64,000 nt of DNA from Acidobacteriota bacterium (GTDB lineage: Bacteria; Acidobacteriota; UBA890; WLXD01): NCBI GenBank assembly GCA_965205505.1, contig CBDBHB010000009.1:896001-960000 (forward strand), written 5' to 3'. Made by a program: the position numbers and the translations under genes. The notes under the pieces are model-generated. The model did no database searches, was not told the origin of the DNA, and was given only the letters and a program-made list of their open reading frames with translations. Positions 48,229 to 58,752 of this stretch are shown here, one piece after another; the stretch's first letter is position 1, and each line of letters begins with the position of its first letter.

Positions 48229-48557
48229 GGAATCCTCGAATGCAGTGTGGAACACGGCAGGTCCCCGGCTAGATGTCGGATCAGCATCCGGAAGATACGG
48301 TGAATTTAAGCAGACAGGAACGGTGCGCGTCGCCCTCGGTGTGCGTATCGATTTCTGTGCGAGAGCGCGATGGGCTCGTCGCTGCTGGCGCATTGGGCCA
48401 GAATGTATCCGGGGCCCTGCACGCGGTCTACTCCTATGGTCCGACGGCTGCAAGAGTCGGGACGGCCGCGAGGCCTCCGACCCGTAGCGGTCGTGACGCA
48501 AGCGCATCGTCTGGATGGCAGACTGCGTGCTCAAGCCGGAGCCCACGGAGCTACTTG

Positions 48558-50099
48558 ATGACCGAGTTGACACAACTCGAACCGCCGCGACCGCCCAAGT
48601 GGGCGAAGGTCATCGATCACGATGTCTGTATCGGGTGCCACGCTTGCTCGACGGCGTGCAAGTCGGAGAACGCGGTTCCCCTGTCAGTGAACCGCACCTA
48701 CGTGAAGTATGTCGACGTGGGCGTGTTCCCGGACGCTCACCGAGCATTCCAGGTGACGCGCTGCAATCAGTGCGACAACCCTCCCTGCGCCACCGCTTGC
48801 CCGACGTCGGCGATGTACCAGAGGCCGGACGGCATCGTCGATTTCGACAAGTCGATCTGTATCGGTTGCAAGGCGTGCATCGCTGCCTGTCCTTACGACG
48901 CCATCTTCATCAACCCGGAAGACCACGCGGCGGAGAAATGCAACTTCTGCGCTCACCGCCTCGATATCGGCCTGGAGCCGGCGTGTGTCGTCGTGTGTCC
49001 CACCGAGGCGATCCTGGTGGGCGACATGCACGATCCGGCGTCGCGTGTCGCGCAGATCGTGCATCGCGAGCCGGTATCGGTACGGCGTCCAGAGAAGGAG
49101 ACGGCGCCGAAGCTGTTCTATACCGGTGCCACGCAGGTCACGCTAGATCCGCTGGCGGCCCGGCGCCCCGAGGGGGGCTTGTTTATGTGGAGCGAGCAGA
49201 CTTCTGACGGGCAGCACGTTGTCTCCGGTCACCCGGATCGCCCCAACAGCGCCGCCGCCGCCATGCTGTCGTACGACATCCCGCACAAGGTTCCGTGGGA
49301 CTGGCGGGTGAGCGCCTATACGTGGACCAAGGGGATCGCGGCGGGGAGCTATCTGGTAGCTGGGTTAGCGGTCCTGCTGGGCTTCCTCGAGCCTACTCAC
49401 ATGCTGTGGCAGTGGGTCGCGCCGCTGGCTGCGTTGATCTTTCTGGCGATTACCGGCGGTTTGCTGATCGGCGATCTCGAACACCCCAGGCGCTTCTACT
49501 ACATCTTCACGAGGCCACAATGGAAAAGCTGGCTGGTCAAGGGCGCCGTCATCATCACAGCCTACTCTGCGGTGCTCGCCGGGCATCTGATCTGCAGCCT
49601 GTTCGGCGCTTATCAGATCCAGCTGGGCTTGCTGCTTCCGGGCTTGCCCCTGGCTGTGATGACCGCGGTGTACACCGCCTACCTGTTCGCCCAGGCGAAG
49701 GCCCGCGACCTATGGCAGAGCCCGCTATTGCCGCCGCACATGGTGGTGCAGGCGTTGCTCGCCGGAGCCTCTGCGCTGCTTGTTTCGGCAGCGTTCGTCG
49801 CGATCCCTGACGTCGGGCAATCGATGCTCGTGGCGGTCTTGTCGTTGGCGTGCGGCGCGCATCTCGCCATGGTTTGGGGCGAGGTGACGCTTACCCATCC
49901 GACCGCCCACGCCGGCCTGGCGATCAAGGAAATGACGCGAGGCCGCTACGTCTGGTTCTTCCGTGTCGGCCTGGTGCTGACGTTTGCGGGCTTGCTGGCC
50001 CCGTGGTCGATGATTCCCTCGGCGCTGGCCGCGCTCGCCGGCCTGCTGTTGCACGAGCACGCTTACGTTCAGGCAGGCCAATCGGTGCCGCTTGCGTGA
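48558..50099 (+). CDS. 4Fe-4S dicluster subunit fused to an NrfD/PsrC-type membrane anchor
   Basis: [42 protein letters not shown]...PACVVVCP; then [18 protein letters not shown]...GA. Confidence 0.9.
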   Translation: MTELTQLEPPRPPKWAKVIDHDVCIGCHACSTACKSENAVPLSVNRTYVKYVDVGVFPDAHRAFQVTRCNQCDNPPCATACPTSAMYQRPDGIVDFDKSICIGCKACIAACPYDAIFINPEDHAAEKCNFCAHRLDIGLEPACVVVCPTEAILVGDMHDPASRVAQIVHREPVSVRRPEKETAPKLFYTGATQVTLDPLAARRPEGGLFMWSEQTSDGQHVVSGHPDRPNSAAAAMLSYDIPHKVPWDWRVSAYTWTKGIAAGSYLVAGLAVLLGFLEPTHMLWQWVAPLAALIFLAITGGLLIGDLEHPRRFYYIFTRPQWKSWLVKGAVIITAYSAVLAGHLICSLFGAYQIQLGLLLPGLPLAVMTAVYTAYLFAQAKARDLWQSPLLPPHMVVQALLAGASALLVSAAFVAIPDVGQSMLVAVLSLACGAHLAMVWGEVTLTHPTAHAGLAIKEMTRGRYVWFFRVGLVLTFAGLLAPWSMIPSALAALAGLLLHEHAYVQAGQSVPLA

Positions 50100-50106
50100 G
50101 GACAGG

Positions 50107-53028
50107 ATGACCGACCTGGAGAAGCTGAACGAACGGGTAAGCGCTGCGCGTCGGGAGGTCGAGGCGCGTGGCGAGACGTTCTATCCGGGTCCGAGCCGCA
50201 TCCATCTGGCCAGCTTTCCACCCAAGGAGCGCTGGGACGACTGGGTGGAGCTGGAGTCACGCGCCTGGCCCCGTCGTGAGGAACGTCGCTACATGCTGGT
50301 ACCCACAACCTGCTTCAACTGCGAATCGGCGTGCGGTCTTCTCGCCTACATCGATCGAGACACCATGCAGGTACGCAAGTTCGAGGGCAATCCGGAGCAC
50401 CCGGGGTCGCGGGGCCGGAACTGCGCCAAGGGCCCGGCGACGCTCAACCAGATCACCGATCCCGACCGCATCCTCTACCCACTCAAACGCGTCGGCGCCC
50501 GCGGCGAGGGCAAATGGAAGCAAGTGTCGTGGAACGAGGCCCTCGACGATATCGCCGGCCGCCTACGCAGCACAATCTCGGAGAACCGCCACAACGAGAT
50601 CATGTATCACGTCGGCAGACCGGGTGAGGATGGTTTTACCGAGCGGGTGATCGCGTCGTGGGGGGTCGACGGCCACAACTCCCACACCAACGTGTGCTCG
50701 GCGGGCGCACGTACCGGCTACGCGCTGTGGTGTGGAATAGATCGCCCCAGCCCGGATCATGCCAACGCCGACGTGATCTTGCTGGTGTCGGCGCATCTCG
50801 AGACCGGCCACTACTTCAACCCGCACGCCCAGCGCATCACCGAGGCGCGGCGCCGCGGCGCCAAGCTCATCGTCTTCGATACCCGGATGTCGAACACTGC
50901 CACCCACGCCGATTATTGGCTGGCGAGTTACCCGGGATCCGAGGCGGCGGTGTTGCTGGCGATCGCCAACCATCTGATCCAGAACGAGCTCTACGATCGC
51001 GAGTTCATGCGTCGCTGGTGGAACTGGGAGGAGTACATGGTGAAGGAGCGTCCGGATGAGGACGCTACCTTCGAGTCCTTCGAGACGGCGCTCAAGGGAC
51101 TCTATGCTGAGTTCACTTTCGAGCTCGCCGCCCAGGAGTCGGGGCTCGATGCGGGCGTTGTTGCCGAAGTGGCTGCCGTGGTGGCGGACGCGGGCACCCG
51201 GTTGGCCACCCACAGTTGGCGCAGCGCTGCCGCCGGCAACGAGGGGGGCTGGCAAGTGGCGCGCACGCTGATGCTCCTCAACGCGCTGACCGGATCGGTG
51301 GCGACGCCCGGCGGTACCTACCCGAACGCCTGGAACAAGTTCGTACCCCGGCCCATCCACGCACCGAGTCATCCCAAGACATGGAACGAGCTCAACTGGC
51401 CGCGGCAGTACCCGCTGTCGATGTACGAGCTGTCGTTCCTGTTGCCGCACCTGATGCGCGAGCAGAACGGACATCTCGACGTCTACTTCACCCGCGTATA
51501 TAACCCGGTGTGGACTAATCCCGACGGCTTTTCGTGGATCGAGATGCTGAGCGACGAGGCCAAAGTGGGGCTCTACGTAGCGCTCACGCCGACCTGGAAC
51601 GAAACCGCTTACTTCGCCGACTACGTGCTGCCGATGGGCCACGGATCGGAGCGTCACGACATTCACTCCTATGAGACCCACGACGCCCAGTGGCTGGGCT
51701 TTCGCCAGCCGGTGACGCGTGCTGCCCGCGAGCGTCTGGGTGAAGTCGTCACCGATACCCGGCAGGTCAACCCCGGCGAGGTATGGGAGGAGAACGAGTT
51801 TTGGATCGATCTGACTTGGCGCATCGACCCCGACGGCGATCTCGGCATCCGCTGGTTCGCGGAGTCGAAAGCGCGGCCGGGCGAGAAGCTGACCGTCGAC
51901 GAGTACTACGGCCACATCTTCGACAACTCGGTTCCGGGCCTGCCGGAGGCGGCCAAGGCCGAGGACCTCACGCCGTTGCAGTACATGCGGCGTTACGGTG
52001 CCTTCGAGCTGTCCGACCATGTCGGCCCGCTCTACGAGGAAGAGGTTGCCGGCGATCAGCTGGTCGATATCGGCGAGGATCTCTTCGGTCGCGTCTACAC
52101 CGCGGCCCCCGCCCCGGCGCCCGACAACCTCGTGCCCACCGGCGTCCCGGACCCTGATGAGGAAGGTCGCCGCCCCGCCGGCGTGCGCGTCGACGGCGTC
52201 GTCCGGCGCGGCTTCCCGACGCCGAGCGGGCGACTCGAGTTCTATTCATCGACGCTGGCGCAGTGGGGCTGGCCGCAGTTCGCGCTGCCCACCTACATCC
52301 GCAGCCATGTGCATCCCGACAACCTTGCCGACGGGCAGGTGCCCTTGATCTCGACGTTCAGGCTGCCGGTGCAGATTCACACGCGCTCGGCCAACGCCAA
52401 GTGGCTCGACGAGATCGCCCACACGAACCCCCTGTGGATCCACACATCACACGCCGCTGGTCTGGGGCTCCGAACCGGGGACCTGGTGCGTGTCGAGACC
52501 GAGATCGGCTACTTCGTCGTCAAGGCCTGGGTTACCGAGGGGATCCGCCCCGGCGTCGTTGCCTGTAGCCACCATATGGGCCGTTGGAAGCTCCACGACG
52601 AAGGGCAGCGGCAGTTGATGGCCACCGTTGCCCTCGACCGTGAGGGCAGCAGGTGGGGTATGAAACGTCGCCGCGCTGGGGGGCCGTACGAGTCCGACGA
52701 TCCGGACACCCGGCGCATCTGGTGGACCGATGTCGGCGTGCACCAGAACCTCACGTTTCCGGTTCACCCAGACCCGGTGTCGGGTATGCACTGCTGGCAT
52801 CAGGCGGTGCGTGTCCTGCCAGCGCAGCCGGGCGACACCTACGGCGACATCGCTGTCGATACCGAGCGCTCGCGGCGCGTCCACGAGGAGTGGCTGAAGA
52901 AGACCCGGCCGGCGGACGTGCATTCGCCGGACGGTACTCGGCGCCCGTTCTGGTTGGTGCGCCCGCTCAAGCCCTCACGCGACGTCTACGTGCTACCCGG
53001 CCGCGAGCCGGAGGTTATGCCGTCGTAG
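50107..53028 (+). CDS. molybdopterin (bis-MGD) oxidoreductase catalytic subunit, no Tat signal
   Basis: TTCFNCESACG...NCAKG, RILYPLKRVG.RGEGKW, HTNVCS, ADYVLP, TPSGRLE, C-terminal dinucleotide-binding domain. Confidence 0.92.
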   Translation: MTDLEKLNERVSAARREVEARGETFYPGPSRIHLASFPPKERWDDWVELESRAWPRREERRYMLVPTTCFNCESACGLLAYIDRDTMQVRKFEGNPEHPGSRGRNCAKGPATLNQITDPDRILYPLKRVGARGEGKWKQVSWNEALDDIAGRLRSTISENRHNEIMYHVGRPGEDGFTERVIASWGVDGHNSHTNVCSAGARTGYALWCGIDRPSPDHANADVILLVSAHLETGHYFNPHAQRITEARRRGAKLIVFDTRMSNTATHADYWLASYPGSEAAVLLAIANHLIQNELYDREFMRRWWNWEEYMVKERPDEDATFESFETALKGLYAEFTFELAAQESGLDAGVVAEVAAVVADAGTRLATHSWRSAAAGNEGGWQVARTLMLLNALTGSVATPGGTYPNAWNKFVPRPIHAPSHPKTWNELNWPRQYPLSMYELSFLLPHLMREQNGHLDVYFTRVYNPVWTNPDGFSWIEMLSDEAKVGLYVALTPTWNETAYFADYVLPMGHGSERHDIHSYETHDAQWLGFRQPVTRAARERLGEVVTDTRQVNPGEVWEENEFWIDLTWRIDPDGDLGIRWFAESKARPGEKLTVDEYYGHIFDNSVPGLPEAAKAEDLTPLQYMRRYGAFELSDHVGPLYEEEVAGDQLVDIGEDLFGRVYTAAPAPAPDNLVPTGVPDPDEEGRRPAGVRVDGVVRRGFPTPSGRLEFYSSTLAQWGWPQFALPTYIRSHVHPDNLADGQVPLISTFRLPVQIHTRSANAKWLDEIAHTNPLWIHTSHAAGLGLRTGDLVRVETEIGYFVVKAWVTEGIRPGVVACSHHMGRWKLHDEGQRQLMATVALDREGSRWGMKRRRAGGPYESDDPDTRRIWWTDVGVHQNLTFPVHPDPVSGMHCWHQAVRVLPAQPGDTYGDIAVDTERSRRVHEEWLKKTRPADVHSPDGTRRPFWLVRPLKPSRDVYVLPGREPEVMPS

Positions 53029-53071
53029 CGCCAGGCGTCGGGCGTGTTGGGCACTGGCCGCGAGCTGTCAG

Positions 53072-53923
53072 GTGATCGAGCTGATTCGCGCGTTGGCGGT
53101 GCTGGCGGAGCCGCCATCCGAGGCGACGCCGCAGTTGGCCGAGCTCCTCGATCTGCCGTCTGTTCCCGAGCCGTGGCAGTACACCGATCTGTTCCTCGGC
53201 CAGATGTACCCCTACGCTTCGGTGTATCTCGGGCCCGAGGGCATGCTGGGCGGGGAGGCACGCGACCGCGTCGCCGGGCTTTGGCGCGCCCTGGGCGAGG
53301 AGCCGCCGTCTGAGCCCGACCATCTGAGCGTCCTGCTCGGCCTGTACGCTCGCCTGATGGAGCTGGAGTCGGCAGCGACAGAGCGTCAGGCGCCGGCCTG
53401 GCAGCGCGCTCGCGCGGCGCTCCTCTGGGAGCATCTCCTGAGCTGGCAGGGAACCTGGCTCAGCAAGCTGGAGTTGGTCGCTCCGCCCGCCTATGCTGCG
53501 TGGGGACGCGTCTTGGCTCGCACACTTCAGCACGAGGCGTCGGGGCTGACGCTGCCCGACGAGCTCCCCGTTCACTTGGCGCAGGCTCCACCACTTCCCG
53601 AGCCGCAGCAAGAAGGCGGCGAGGCATTTCTCGAGGGTCTGCTGACGCCAGTGCGGTGCGGCTTCATCCTGACGCGCACCGACCTGGAGAACGCCGCTGC
53701 CGAGCTGCAGCTAGGGCTACGCGCCGGCGAGCGTCGTTACGCACTGCGCGCGCTGATCGGACAGGATCGCGCCGCCACCCTCGGCTGGCTTGCCGAGTAC
53801 GCGCGCCAGGCGGCCGGGCAAAGCCCCGACAACCCTACCGCTACCAGCCCGATCGACGCGTTCTGGCGACAGAGAGCGCTCGCGTCGGCGGCGCGCCTGG
53901 GGCACGCGGCGGCCTCCGCGTGA
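53072..53923 (+). CDS. TorD/DmsD-family redox enzyme maturation chaperone
   Basis: YPYASVYL, EPDHL, EHLLSW. Confidence 0.88.
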   Translation: MIELIRALAVLAEPPSEATPQLAELLDLPSVPEPWQYTDLFLGQMYPYASVYLGPEGMLGGEARDRVAGLWRALGEEPPSEPDHLSVLLGLYARLMELESAATERQAPAWQRARAALLWEHLLSWQGTWLSKLELVAPPAYAAWGRVLARTLQHEASGLTLPDELPVHLAQAPPLPEPQQEGGEAFLEGLLTPVRCGFILTRTDLENAAAELQLGLRAGERRYALRALIGQDRAATLGWLAEYARQAAGQSPDNPTATSPIDAFWRQRALASAARLGHAAASA

Positions 53924-53988
53924 TCGCGTTGTAAGATGGTTGTGTGGGTGCCGGACGGCAGTTCCGGCGGGCTGCCGTGACCCTTCGA

Positions 53989-55638
53989 CTATTCGAGCCC
54001 GTGGAGCCGCTGCCAGGCCCCCTCGAATTCGTTGCCAGGTCGCCAGCGTGGCATCTCGTCGCCGTTGGCGACAACGTCCGCGGCACGGAAGACGATGCGC
54101 AGATCGCGCTCCAGCCCGGCCAGGTTCCACTCGTCGCGTACCTCGTCGGACACCTGGTGGTAGTGCGCCTCCTCGTAGGCAAGTGGATCGAACGGTAGCG
54201 GCTCGATGTAGTCGGACCCGGGATTGAGGAACAGCGCCGGAATGCCCGCCTTGGCGAAGTTGACCTGGTCGGATCGGTAGAAGCTGCCTGCGGACGGGTT
54301 CGGATCGCCACGCACCACAACCGTCTGCCCGTCGCCTACCGAAAACTCCGCCGCCGCGGCGCGTAGCGCGTCACCTAGCTCGCTGGCGTCCTCGCCGATG
54401 GCCGCGATGTCGGCGGTCACACCGAAGATCTGCGGCATGTCGATGTTGAAGTTGGCCACCATCGAGCTGCGCGGCACGGGCGGCTGGGCGACGAACCAGG
54501 CGCTGCCGAGCAGCCCGCTCTCTTCGCCTGCGCAGGCTAAGAATAGCAGCGACCTGCGTGGTGCTTCGTCCATGTTGGCGAACGCATCGGCCAGCGCGAC
54601 GATCGAGGCTACGCCCAGGGCGTTGTCCCAGGCGCCGTTGAACACCGTGTCGCCATCGAGCTCCGGGTTGGTACCCAGGTGATCGTAGTGGGCGGTGAAC
54701 ACGACGATTTGGTCGCGCAAGTCGGGATCGCTGCCCGGCAAGAAGCCAAGGACGTTCTCGGTGCTCATGCGGCGCACGGTGGTGTCGAGATGCGCGCTGA
54801 CCCGATAGCCCGTATCGACGGGTTCGAAGTCGCGCTGTTGCGCCATCTCGAAGAGCCCGGCCAGGTCGGTGTCGATCGCACGAGCGATCTCGTCCGATAG
54901 TTGCTCGTCGAGCCAGCCCAATAGATCGACCTGGTAGCCGGCACCCGACAAATCAAGCGCGAACTTATCGGTTGACCCCGAGTACTGAACGACGCTGAAC
55001 GGGTATGAAGCCGAGGGCGTAGTGTGCACCATCAATGCGCCGACGGCGCCAAGGCGCATGGCCTGTTCGAATTTGTACGACCAGCGTCCGTAGTAGGTGC
55101 GGGCCTCGCCGCCGAAAAGCTCCTCGCCGTTCTCAACAACCGGCGGGTCATTGTTGAGAAAGAGCAGCACTTTGCCGCTCACGTCAGCGCCCTTGAAATC
55201 GTCCCACCCGTACTCGGGCGCCTGTACTCCGTACCCTACGAAGAGCAGCGGCGCCTCGTCGATATCGACCGTGTCACGCTGTGCTGACGACCAGAACGCG
55301 ACGTTGCCGGTGTCGACGAGCTCGAGCTCGTTGCTCGCTGATGCGATGCGCAGTGAGGCTGTAGCATCATCGCGCCGCATGCCAACCAGCCGTACTTCCT
55401 GGCGAAACAGGCCCTCGACTGGCGACAACCCGACGTCGCGGAAACGCTGCTCGATCCAGCTCGTGGCGCGCGCTTCGCCTGCGGTTCCGGTGCCGCGCCC
55501 CTGCATATCGTCGTCAGAAAGCGCCCGGACGTCGTCGAGCACCGCGGCGGCGCTGATTCGTTGATCGGGCGCTGGCGCGACTGCCGGAGCGCAGGCGACC
55601 GTGATCGCCAGGAACGAGATGCCGATGGTTGCTCGCAT
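53989..55638 (-). CDS. M28 family peptidase with PA domain, lipoprotein
   Basis: TVAC, GRGTG, AHYDHLG, NGAWDNA.G, EESGLLGS, NIDM, RSD, YHQVSD. Confidence 0.9.
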   Translation of the reverse strand: MRATIGISFLAITVACAPAVAPAPDQRISAAAVLDDVRALSDDDMQGRGTGTAGEARATSWIEQRFRDVGLSPVEGLFRQEVRLVGMRRDDATASLRIASASNELELVDTGNVAFWSSAQRDTVDIDEAPLLFVGYGVQAPEYGWDDFKGADVSGKVLLFLNNDPPVVENGEELFGGEARTYYGRWSYKFEQAMRLGAVGALMVHTTPSASYPFSVVQYSGSTDKFALDLSGAGYQVDLLGWLDEQLSDEIARAIDTDLAGLFEMAQQRDFEPVDTGYRVSAHLDTTVRRMSTENVLGFLPGSDPDLRDQIVVFTAHYDHLGTNPELDGDTVFNGAWDNALGVASIVALADAFANMDEAPRRSLLFLACAGEESGLLGSAWFVAQPPVPRSSMVANFNIDMPQIFGVTADIAAIGEDASELGDALRAAAAEFSVGDGQTVVVRGDPNPSAGSFYRSDQVNFAKAGIPALFLNPGSDYIEPLPFDPLAYEEAHYHQVSDEVRDEWNLAGLERDLRIVFRAADVVANGDEMPRWRPGNEFEGAWQRLHGLE

Positions 55639-55713
55639 GCCACCTGGAACCGGGTCGTACGGGTGGATGGATGCGAACACTATACCCGCGTGGTCAGGCC
55701 CGCCACACTTCCA

Positions 55714-58700
55714 CTAGGCGTCGGCTTCGAGCTGCTCGCGACAAAGTTGGATATGCTCGCGCTGCTCTGCTGTGCTCGGTATTCCGGCTGCTCCTTCCCG
55801 CCAGGCGGCGCGCGCCTCCGCGTCTCGTCCCAGAGCCTGCAACGCCACACCGCGCCAGTAACGGCCACGTGCCTCGACCGGTCGATGGGGCCGGCCGACG
55901 TTGAGATCGCGTGGGTAGGTGAGCGCGGCATCGAAATCCGCCAGGGCCGTCTCCGGGCTGCTCGCCTCGAGGCGTTGAATGCCGCGCTCGATGTGCGCTT
56001 GATAGAAGATCTCGCGCGAGCCTGTGTCGCCTTCTCGCTGGGTGAATCGAGTGTCGGAGAGCAGCACGATGGCGTCGTCGAAGCGCTCGACATCGATGTA
56101 CGCGCGAGCAAGCGTCAGAGTGACGTCGGCTCGGCGACCCGCTGGGGGCACGGATTCGAGGACCGTTGCTGTCGCCGCTGGCTCGCGCTGTTCGATGCGC
56201 ACGCGAGCCAGGTCGCGATACAACGTCTGGTCCTGAGGGCGGATCGAGACGGCCTCGGCGAGCAAGGCTGCGGCGCCGGTAAGGTCGCCATCGATGCGCC
56301 AGCGATACAACGCCAGACTGCGGCGCGCCGTGCTCAGATCGGCTGCCGACTCGACGACCGTGCTCCACTCACGTGCAGCCTCGTCGAGCCGTCCGAGGCC
56401 GGCGAGTAGGTTGCCGAGGTACAGCCGCGCTCGTGCGTCGCCCGGGGCTCGGGCCAGCGCGTTGCCGAAGACCGCGAGCGCTTCGGTCCGCGACGGAAAG
56501 ACGTACTCCGCTGAGGCGGCGGCGGCTTCGCGCAGCCAACGAGCCGCTTGCGCATCATCGCCGACTTGGTCGAGGTAGTAGGACAGATAGTAGAGCGGCA
56601 GGGGCCGCCGCTCGGCAGGCGCGATCGTCGCCACGAGCGTCGCTTCCACGATATTGGCTGCGTCACGGTACAGACCGAGGTCCGCGAGGGCGAGGCTTAG
56701 CTCGAGGAAAGCGAACTCCGGCTCGCCGACCCATTCACGCGCACGGTGCGCGAAGTCACGCAAGCTCTGATCGGAACCCAGTGCCTGAATCACATGCGGG
56801 ACGAGCCGTGTGCTGCCGGCGTCGACGCTCCGTCGGGCTAGAGCCAGGGCACTCTGAAAGTCACCCGAAGCGTAGGTCGACAGCAGGATCTGCTCGAAGA
56901 GTCGGGTCCAGTCCGCGCCGCCGGCGGACAGCCCGGCGGTGAACGCTTGTGTGGCTCCGGCGTAGTCGCCTCGCCGGGCCCGTATACGGCCTGCGAGGCT
57001 GTATCCCAGAGCCGTCGTTCCCGTACGCCGAACAGCCGCGTAGGCAGCAGCGAGAGCCCCGTCGATCTCACCTCGACGGAGCCGCGCCACGCCCAGCTGG
57101 TACCAGGTCAGGCCGTCGTCGGGATCACGCTCGATCGCTCTCGTCAACAGATCGACGGCGGCCCCGAAACGACCCGCCTCGATCTCGAGGCCGCCAAGGG
57201 CCCGCAATGTGAGCGAGTGCCCCGCGTCAAGTCGCAGGGCATCAGCGTAGCGGGCGCGGGCGCTCGGACCGTCGCCTTGCTTGTCGAGCTCGTACCCCGC
57301 GCGATACGCGCCCTCTGCTGTAGGCTTCGGCTTGTCGCGCTCGGCAGGAATTTCGCGCTGCGGCACTCGCAGTGGCGACGAATATTCCAGCAGAGTCTCC
57401 CCGTCGGCGTTATCGATCTGGATCTGCAGCCTGGCCTCGCCTGGGCCGGCGTTGCCAAGGCCAGTCTGGACGACGAACGACTCGGTCCGGGCCGGCGACA
57501 GATCGAGCTGACGACGCTCGATGCGTCCGCCGCGCAGCTCAACGATGATCTGCGCACCCAGGATCGAACGCGTCGAAGCGACACGCAGCTCGACACCCTC
57601 GGGATGATCGAGGCGCTCGATAGCCAGATCACGTGTGGCGAGCTCGAACCCCTGTCCAAGGCCATTGACCGGATACCAGGTTTCCTGCCATGACACTTCT
57701 TGCCCGGGCGCCAGCTGCCCGAAGTCGGCCTGAGTGGGCAAGGGCCCGCTCTGCACCTCGATATATGGTCCGTCCTCATCGGTAAGTACCGACTGTGCCA
57801 CCAGGCCGGCGTCGGCCTGTCCCCAGGTCCACGCTTTCTTGCCCGGCAACGCGTGGTGGTTGGCTACCTGGACGATGCCGAAGTCGCGCTCGACGTCGTA
57901 GGCGCCGAAAAAGTCGAATGTGACCTCGTAGCCGAACACCGACGTGGGCTCTGGATAGTTCCGCAGCCACCTGAGGTCGCGCCCCTCGTGCATCGGCCAG
58001 CTGAAGAACTCGGTGCCCGAATGGTCGGTGCCGAGGCTCATTGGATAGACGAAGCGCGTGCCTGGGGTATTCGGAAACGCGGTGTTGTTCCAGAAGTAGT
58101 ATGGATGGAAATTGTCGGTGGGATTGAACAGCCGGATCTGCTCGTCGAGGGCGCGAGTTTCGGGATGCAGAGTCAGCCGCACCTCCCATCCGGTACGGAA
58201 GTTCTGCTCGGTATTGCCGATCAGCAACGCCGCGGACCCATCCGGATACTGCATAGGCACCACGTCGACAGGCGAGAAGCTGGTGACGGTGTGACCCTGC
58301 GGACCACGGTTCCACTCGATACCGCCCGAGACCCAAGCGCCGCGGAGCGCGATATGGCCCGGCCGAATCACGTGGTTGCGGTAGAACATCTCCTCGCCGG
58401 TGACTTTGTCGAGGACCGACTGGATACGGCCGCCGATCTCCGGCAGGCACATGACACGTAGGTACTCGTTCTCGATGAACACAGCGCGATAGGCGTGATT
58501 CACGCGATCAGCGCCGAATCGATCCTGGGCTGTGTAGGGATAGATGATCGTGCCCTCGAGCTCGTAGAAGTGGGGGTTCACGTCGTCGGGGCCGAGCGCG
58601 TATGTGGGAATCTCGACCTCCGTGATCCACGTTCGAACAGCCGTTGGCCGGCCAGCGGCACGCCCCTGAACAGGCCGCTGCTGACTCATTGCCGGCGCCG

Positions 58701-58752
58701 CGAGTGCCAGCAAGGCGAACGCGGCGGTCAACTTGCAAGCTGGTCTGATCAT
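55714..58752 (-). CDS. DUF5107 domain protein with TPR repeats
   Basis: IENEYLRV.CLPEIGGRI, FYRNHVIRP, GAWVSGGIEWN, PGKKAWTWG, GPYIEVQSG; TPR-rich C-terminus. Confidence 0.85.
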   Translation of the reverse strand: MIRPACKLTAAFALLALAAPAMSQQRPVQGRAAGRPTAVRTWITEVEIPTYALGPDDVNPHFYELEGTIIYPYTAQDRFGADRVNHAYRAVFIENEYLRVMCLPEIGGRIQSVLDKVTGEEMFYRNHVIRPGHIALRGAWVSGGIEWNRGPQGHTVTSFSPVDVVPMQYPDGSAALLIGNTEQNFRTGWEVRLTLHPETRALDEQIRLFNPTDNFHPYYFWNNTAFPNTPGTRFVYPMSLGTDHSGTEFFSWPMHEGRDLRWLRNYPEPTSVFGYEVTFDFFGAYDVERDFGIVQVANHHALPGKKAWTWGQADAGLVAQSVLTDEDGPYIEVQSGPLPTQADFGQLAPGQEVSWQETWYPVNGLGQGFELATRDLAIERLDHPEGVELRVASTRSILGAQIIVELRGGRIERRQLDLSPARTESFVVQTGLGNAGPGEARLQIQIDNADGETLLEYSSPLRVPQREIPAERDKPKPTAEGAYRAGYELDKQGDGPSARARYADALRLDAGHSLTLRALGGLEIEAGRFGAAVDLLTRAIERDPDDGLTWYQLGVARLRRGEIDGALAAAYAAVRRTGTTALGYSLAGRIRARRGDYAGATQAFTAGLSAGGADWTRLFEQILLSTYASGDFQSALALARRSVDAGSTRLVPHVIQALGSDQSLRDFAHRAREWVGEPEFAFLELSLALADLGLYRDAANIVEATLVATIAPAERRPLPLYYLSYYLDQVGDDAQAARWLREAAAASAEYVFPSRTEALAVFGNALARAPGDARARLYLGNLLAGLGRLDEAAREWSTVVESAADLSTARRSLALYRWRIDGDLTGAAALLAEAVSIRPQDQTLYRDLARVRIEQREPAATATVLESVPPAGRRADVTLTLARAYIDVERFDDAIVLLSDTRFTQREGDTGSREIFYQAHIERGIQRLEASSPETALADFDAALTYPRDLNVGRPHRPVEARGRYWRGVALQALGRDAEARAAWREGAAGIPSTAEQREHIQLCREQLEADA

